A stretch of 64,000 nt of DNA from an uncultured Chthonomonadaceae bacterium (lineage in GTDB: Bacteria; Armatimonadota; Chthonomonadetes; Chthonomonadales; Chthonomonadaceae), in NCBI GenBank assembly GCA_963835065.1, contig CAWIEK010000016.1:96001-160000 (forward strand), in the 5' to 3' direction. Positions within the stretch are counted from its first letter, which is position 1. Each line of letters starts with the position of its first letter. The translations under genes were made by a program, and so were the position numbers. The notes under the pieces were generated by a model that was not told the DNA's origin, searched no databases, and worked only from the letters and a program-made list of their open reading frames with translations. This document shows, piece after piece, positions 59,344 through 64,000 of the stretch.

Positions 59344-60900
59344 ATGTTGTTCGTACTTGCGCTGGCCGCGCTGCTCCATACCGCGCCGCGCCTGCAAGCG
59401 CCCGCCATTCACTTTACCATTGATGAGTCAAGCCGTCGCGCACCCATTTCCCCTTACATTTATGGAACCAATCAGCCCGAATGGGAAGGAGCCGCGCATG
59501 GCCTGACGCTCACGCGCATCGGCGGCAACCGCTGGACAGCCTACAATTGGGAAACCAACGCTTCCAACGCGGGCAACGACTACATGCACCAGAACGATGG
59601 CTATTTGGGTGGCGGGGATACGCCGGGCGAGGCTGTTCGTCCCGCCATCGCCGCCGCCTTGAAAGCGGGCGCGGCGGTTATCGTCACCGTACCGATAGCC
59701 GGTTACGTGTCCGCCGACAAACGGGGCGACGGCGACGTGAACAAAACGCCGGATTACCTGCATACCCGCTTTCTCAAATCCCTGCCGCGCAAGCCGACGC
59801 CGTTCGTTTACCCGCCCGATACCCACGACAACGTGGTGTATCAGGACGAGTTTGTATCCTGGCTGGAAAAAACCTTCCCGACGCAGAACGGACAACATCA
59901 GTTGTTCTACTCGCTGGACAACGAACCGGATTTATGGGACAACACCCATGCGCGGCTGCGAACCCAAAAACTGACGTATGCGGAAATGCTGCAAAGGTCG
60001 GTAGAGTATGGACGCGCCATCAAGGCGGCAGCGCCCGGCAGCCTTATTTTCGGACCGGCCAGTTATGGCTGGAACGGATTTCAAACGCTGTCAAACGCGA
60101 CGGACGCGAACGGACGCAATTTCCTCGACTTCTATCTGGCGGGCATGAGGGACGCCGACAAAACAGGCGGAACGCGCCTCCTGGACGCCCTGGACGTGCA
60201 TTGGTACCCGGAAGCGCAGGGTGGCGGCAAGCGCATCACGGAAGGCGGCAACGGCGAAGAGGTTGTCCGCGCCCGCTTGCAGGCTCCCCGTTCGCTGTGG
60301 GATGCCGCGTATACGGAAGACTCGTGGATCACGCGCGACGCTATTCACGCGCCCATCCGCCTGCTGCCGCGCTTGAAGGAGCAGATCGCCAAGAACTATC
60401 CCGGCACGAAACTTGCCATCACGGAATACAACTACGGCGGCGGCAACCACATCTCCGGCGCAATTGCTGAAGCGGACGCGCTGGGCATTTTCGGGCGCGA
60501 AGGCGTGTTTGCCGCCGCCTTGTGGCAGTTGGCAAAGGACGAGAGTTTCCTTTATGGCGCGTTTGCCATGTACCGCAATTTCGACGGCAAGGATGGGCGC
60601 TTCGGGAACATCATGGTCGCCGCCGACACCAACGACATAGAGAAAACTTCCGTGTACGCCAGCGTGGACACCGCGCATCCGGGCCGCATGGTCATTGTCG
60701 CGCTGAACAAAACGCAAAGCCCGCTGTCCACAGAGTGGACGATTAACTCCAAAACAGCGTATCGCGCGATGAAACGGTATCACTTAACCGACGTATCCCC
60801 ACGCCCCCGGCCTTTCGGCGAGTCCAAGCTGCTCGAAGGCAAAAAACTGTTCTTTGCCCTGGAGCCGATGAGCGTCACGACCCTGCTTCTGGAGCAATAG
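59344..60900 (+). CDS. Glycoside hydrolase family 44 endoglucanase/xyloglucanase
   Basis: ISPYIYG, GGNRWTAYNWE, LDNEP (acid/base), DVHWYPE, AITEY (nucleophile). Confidence 0.95.
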   Translation: MLFVLALAALLHTAPRLQAPAIHFTIDESSRRAPISPYIYGTNQPEWEGAAHGLTLTRIGGNRWTAYNWETNASNAGNDYMHQNDGYLGGGDTPGEAVRPAIAAALKAGAAVIVTVPIAGYVSADKRGDGDVNKTPDYLHTRFLKSLPRKPTPFVYPPDTHDNVVYQDEFVSWLEKTFPTQNGQHQLFYSLDNEPDLWDNTHARLRTQKLTYAEMLQRSVEYGRAIKAAAPGSLIFGPASYGWNGFQTLSNATDANGRNFLDFYLAGMRDADKTGGTRLLDALDVHWYPEAQGGGKRITEGGNGEEVVRARLQAPRSLWDAAYTEDSWITRDAIHAPIRLLPRLKEQIAKNYPGTKLAITEYNYGGGNHISGAIAEADALGIFGREGVFAAALWQLAKDESFLYGAFAMYRNFDGKDGRFGNIMVAADTNDIEKTSVYASVDTAHPGRMVIVALNKTQSPLSTEWTINSKTAYRAMKRYHLTDVSPRPRPFGESKLLEGKKLFFALEPMSVTTLLLEQ

Positions 60901-61017
60901 GAGCGCGATATACAAAGCGGCCAGGAGCATAAAACTACTTTTGGGATTGGGCGCAAATATCTGTCTTGTGCCCTACAGGGCGTCAGGCGGCGTTCCTGGC
61001 AGCTTTTTCTAATTCTC

Positions 61018-61047
61018 TTGACAATGAACCGTTGATTGCGTTATACT
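61018..61047 (+). promoter_or_regulatory. sigma70-type promoter TTGACA-N18-TATACT
   Basis: Near-consensus match. Confidence 0.55.
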
Positions 61048-61630
61048 TGTTTTTGTAGTTTCTTCAACATTCAGACACGCTTCTGTTGCGGCAGCAGTCC
61101 CACTTATGCCGCAGAAAGGACATGCGCAACCGACGTTTTCAGCAAAATGCGCGGCTACAGCGAATTTCGCGCCCGACCCAAAGGCGCGTTCCGTCTGCGT
61201 ATCCTCTTTACCGCTTTAAATGTTCGCTCGCCGTGTCCTCTGCTGTCCATTCGGGCTGCGTTCACTTCTGCCGCAGCCACTTCCCAAACGACTTTTCGCT
61301 CCATTTCCGCGCCGGCCTTCTGACTGTTCCCGTTTGCGCCAACCCAATCGCTTTCTGTAACTGCCGAGCTATGCGCTTAACACGCTGTCTCGGCGCGTTT
61401 GCGTTTGGCCGTCAAACAGGTGACGGTTCAGTAACTGTTCCCTGCGCAGAAACGCTACGCGCAAAGTTGCGGGCCTGCAATGGCTCCAAATCCATGACAA
61501 CATTCGTCAACACATCCAACAGCAGCAAGCCTGCCAACACCCACCCGTCCAAGCGACCAACACCCAACACCGAAGCCCCAATACCGAATACCTGAACACC
61601 CGAACCCCCAACCCTCTCCTCAACAAGCCG

Positions 61631-62470
61631 CGCATCATCTACAGCCGCAACAACATCCTCATCCGCCGCATCCGCGCGTTGCAGCAACGGGAGGAACGGG
61701 AACGCACCGGCAAGTTTTTCGTGACCGGCCTGCGCTTCATAATACAGGCGCATCAGCAGGGGGCACACATCGAGTCGCTTTTTGTGTCGCCTCCACTGCT
61801 CGTCAGTGTGCCGGGACAGCGCCTTGTCCGCAAATTGCGAATGGCAGGAACGCCCGTTTACGAAGTGCCTCCCGAAGTGCTGCACAGTATCTCGCTCGTG
61901 GACGATCCGCAGGGATTGGGAGCCGTCATCCGGCAGCAATGGCAAACATTGGACACCCTGCGCCCCGGCAAAGAACTATGTTGGCTCGCCCTCGACACCG
62001 TGCAGTCTCCCGGCAATCTCGGAACAATTCTCCGCTCCTGTGACGCGGTCGGTTGCGCGGGCGTGATTTTGTTGGGCGAGGCCACTGACCCTTATGAGCC
62101 GTGCGCGGTGCGGGCAAGCATGGGCGCTTGCTTCGCGCAGAAATTCATCCGCGCCACTCCCGCCGACTTTCTGGCGTGGAAACAAAAACACAAATGTACT
62201 CTCGTTGGAACGTCGCCGCATACCGGTGAGGATTACCAGCAGGCCGCGTACCCTGCGCCCGTCGTGCTGTTCATGGGCAGTGAGCGCAAGGGCCTGTCTT
62301 CGGAACTCCAAGATCTGTGTGACGGCATGGTGAAAATCCCTATGGTCGGAACCAGCGACTCGCTCAACCTCGCCATCGCCACCAGCGTCCTGCTGTACGA
62401 AGTGTTCAACCAGAGGCGCGGGGAGAAACCAGACAGGGAGAAGAGGAGACAGGGAGACAAGGAGATGTAG
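61631..62470 (+). CDS. TrmH/SpoU family RNA 2'-O-methyltransferase (true start unresolved)
   Basis: IYSRNNILIRRIRAL, PGNLGTILR, GSERKGL, IPMVG..DSLNLA. Confidence 0.92.
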   Translation, partial: RIIYSRNNILIRRIRALQQREERERTGKFFVTGLRFIIQAHQQGAHIESLFVSPPLLVSVPGQRLVRKLRMAGTPVYEVPPEVLHSISLVDDPQGLGAVIRQQWQTLDTLRPGKELCWLALDTVQSPGNLGTILRSCDAVGCAGVILLGEATDPYEPCAVRASMGACFAQKFIRATPADFLAWKQKHKCTLVGTSPHTGEDYQQAAYPAPVVLFMGSERKGLSSELQDLCDGMVKIPMVGTSDSLNLAIATSVLLYEVFNQRRGEKPDREKRRQGDKEM

Positions 62471-62595
62471 AAACCGCCAAAGACGCTAAATAAACGAAAA
62501 ACAAAAAAGAGTAGGGAAGAAATTGAATAGAGGGGGCGTCTAAGGGGTGAAGGACTGCTGGAAATGCTGATGCCTGGCTGGTGTTGAGGATGGGG

Positions 62596-63180
62596 ATGGA
62601 TGCTTGCGCGGTGACTGTCAATGTCGAACGAACGCCTTTTCTGGATGACCGGACATTTGCCGCGTGTCGGCAAGGCGACCGGGCGGCTTTTCGCTGTCTC
62701 TTCGAGGCGTACAAAGATCGCATTTTCAGTGTTGCGGTCTACTTCCTTGATGGCGATGTGGCAATGGCCGAAGACATTTCACAGGATGTGTTTGTGCGGG
62801 TATACACGCGCCTGGCGCAGTTTCGCTGCGAGGCGGAGTTCACCACCTGGCTGTACCGCCTGACGGCAAACGCCTGCATGGACGAGTTCCGCAGACGCAA
62901 GCGGCGTCCGGTCACGACCGCTTTGGAGGAAGGCGCTTGCGTGACGGGAGAAAGCCCCTGTTCCGCGTTTGCGCAGCTGGAAATCAGCGCCACCATCCGC
63001 GACGCGCTGAATGAACTGCCGCCGGACATGCGCCTGACCGTGCTGCTGCGCTACTTTGAAGATATGTCGTATGAGGACATCGCCGACGCGCTGCACTGTT
63101 CCCAGGGAACCGTCGCGTCGCGTCTGAACCGCAGCCTGAAAGCATTAGCCCGCAAGCTGGCACATTTACGGGAGGAGTAA
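62596..63180 (+). CDS. ECF RNA polymerase sigma factor
   Basis: AEDISQDVF, FTTWLYRLTAN, SYEDIA...GTVASRLNR. Confidence 0.95.
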   Translation: MDACAVTVNVERTPFLDDRTFAACRQGDRAAFRCLFEAYKDRIFSVAVYFLDGDVAMAEDISQDVFVRVYTRLAQFRCEAEFTTWLYRLTANACMDEFRRRKRRPVTTALEEGACVTGESPCSAFAQLEISATIRDALNELPPDMRLTVLLRYFEDMSYEDIADALHCSQGTVASRLNRSLKALARKLAHLREE

Positions 63181-63189
63181 GGGTTCAGA

Positions 63190-63302
63190 GGTGTTCAGGT
63201 ATTCAGGTATTCGGATATTCAGGTGTTCTGTATTGATATGACTTGGTAATAGTCTACAGTGTGTAGAAAATAACTATTCCTGAACACCCGAACACCTGAA
63301 TA
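63190..63302. repeat. Octamer inverted arrays (GTATTCAG)n/(CTGAACAC)n
   Basis: Lies between the sigma and anti-sigma genes. Confidence 0.8.
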
Positions 63303-63324
63303 CCAACACAAAAGAGGAGTTGTG

Positions 63325-64000
63325 GTGGGAAGTCGGTTGAGGGAAAAGCATGTGACGCGACGGCTGCCGGTCTATCTGGAAGGGACGCTTGCGCCCGATC
63401 AACAGGCGCGCGTGGAACGCCATCTGGCGCGGTGCGCGTCGTGTCGGCAAAGACTAAAGGCGCTGCAATCCGCGCGTATCGCCCTGGCAGACGCAGCCGT
63501 TGTTCCTGCCCCGGAAACGCTCTGGAGCGGCATCGAATCGCGCCTGCCTGCCGCTTCCGTTCCTGAATCCAGTAAAATTCCCCGGCCCAATCCTTCCTTT
63601 TTCATTTGGAAGCGACATTCCAGAAGTCGGTTTAACCGGGTGACGCTTTCACTGGCAGGCGCATTGCTGATAACATGTATGGCAGGAGACTTAATGCCGG
63701 GCAAACGATTTCAGCGCGAAAGCGCCGACGCGCGGCCTCCTCTAACCGTCTCATGGAAAGCCAATTCGTGGCAAGTCAGTCGCCTGCGGGGAGCGCCGAT
63801 TGTGGGCCGCGCGATTGTTGCCGGTGTCGCGCGCCTCCAGGAAGGCGAAAGCTTGGTGACAGGAGCAGGGGACAGCGCCCGCGTTCAGGTGGCCGACATT
63901 GGGCAGGTGGACGTTGCGCCCAACTCGCGCCTGCGCCTGGTACGCGCGCAGAACAATCTGCACCGTCTCGCTCTGGATCGGGGCCAACTCAGCGCGCATG
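63325..64000 (+). CDS. Anti-sigma factor (zf-HC2, TM, FecR-like), runs off the window end
   Basis: Own translation: HLARCASC, LWSGIE, a TM segment, then LVTGAGDSARVQVADIGQVDVAPNSRLRL; SD GAGGAG. Confidence 0.85.
   Translation, partial: MGSRLREKHVTRRLPVYLEGTLAPDQQARVERHLARCASCRQRLKALQSARIALADAAVVPAPETLWSGIESRLPAASVPESSKIPRPNPSFFIWKRHSRSRFNRVTLSLAGALLITCMAGDLMPGKRFQRESADARPPLTVSWKANSWQVSRLRGAPIVGRAIVAGVARLQEGESLVTGAGDSARVQVADIGQVDVAPNSRLRLVRAQNNLHRLALDRGQLSAH

Noticed and set aside
1..64000. rRNA, tRNA, prophage or integrase
   Set aside because: None recognised by eye; a covariance-model search was not possible, so small RNAs could be missed.

Overview
A 64 kb GC-rich bacterial chromosomal segment. 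Gene content (DUF1559/H-X9-DG proteins, a DUF6785-type membrane protein, Ig/NHL lipoproteins, GH44, GH78) suggests Armatimonadota (Chthonomonadales-like), but that is inference only. I see no rRNA, tRNA, CRISPR array or intact IS. About 16 single-base frameshifts in ordinary genes suggest an unpolished long-read assembly, so every frame-break claim needs read-level checking. Four features stand out. (1) A dispersed family of modular 7-/8-mer tandem-repeat cassettes (STRR-like) sits inside coding sequence at about eight sites in five unrelated genes, mostly in-frame. It also supplies the stop codons of several genes, appears to split a SLOG-SLATT fusion, and coincides with two frameshifts that a one-unit change would repair. 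(2) A co-oriented WD40-caspase / TIR-NB-ARC-TPR / TRPM-type SLOG / SLATT / amidohydrolase cluster looks like an undescribed NLR-triggered, Thoeris-like nucleotide-signalling immune system. (3) A RuvC-less mini-TnpB is embedded in an ABC-transporter gene run. (4) A Panacea/PemK-like TA pair is bracketed by a duplicated ECF-promoter/RBS block. A duplicated ~300 bp putative sRNA/small-ORF unit and several REP/MITE-like palindrome families are also present.
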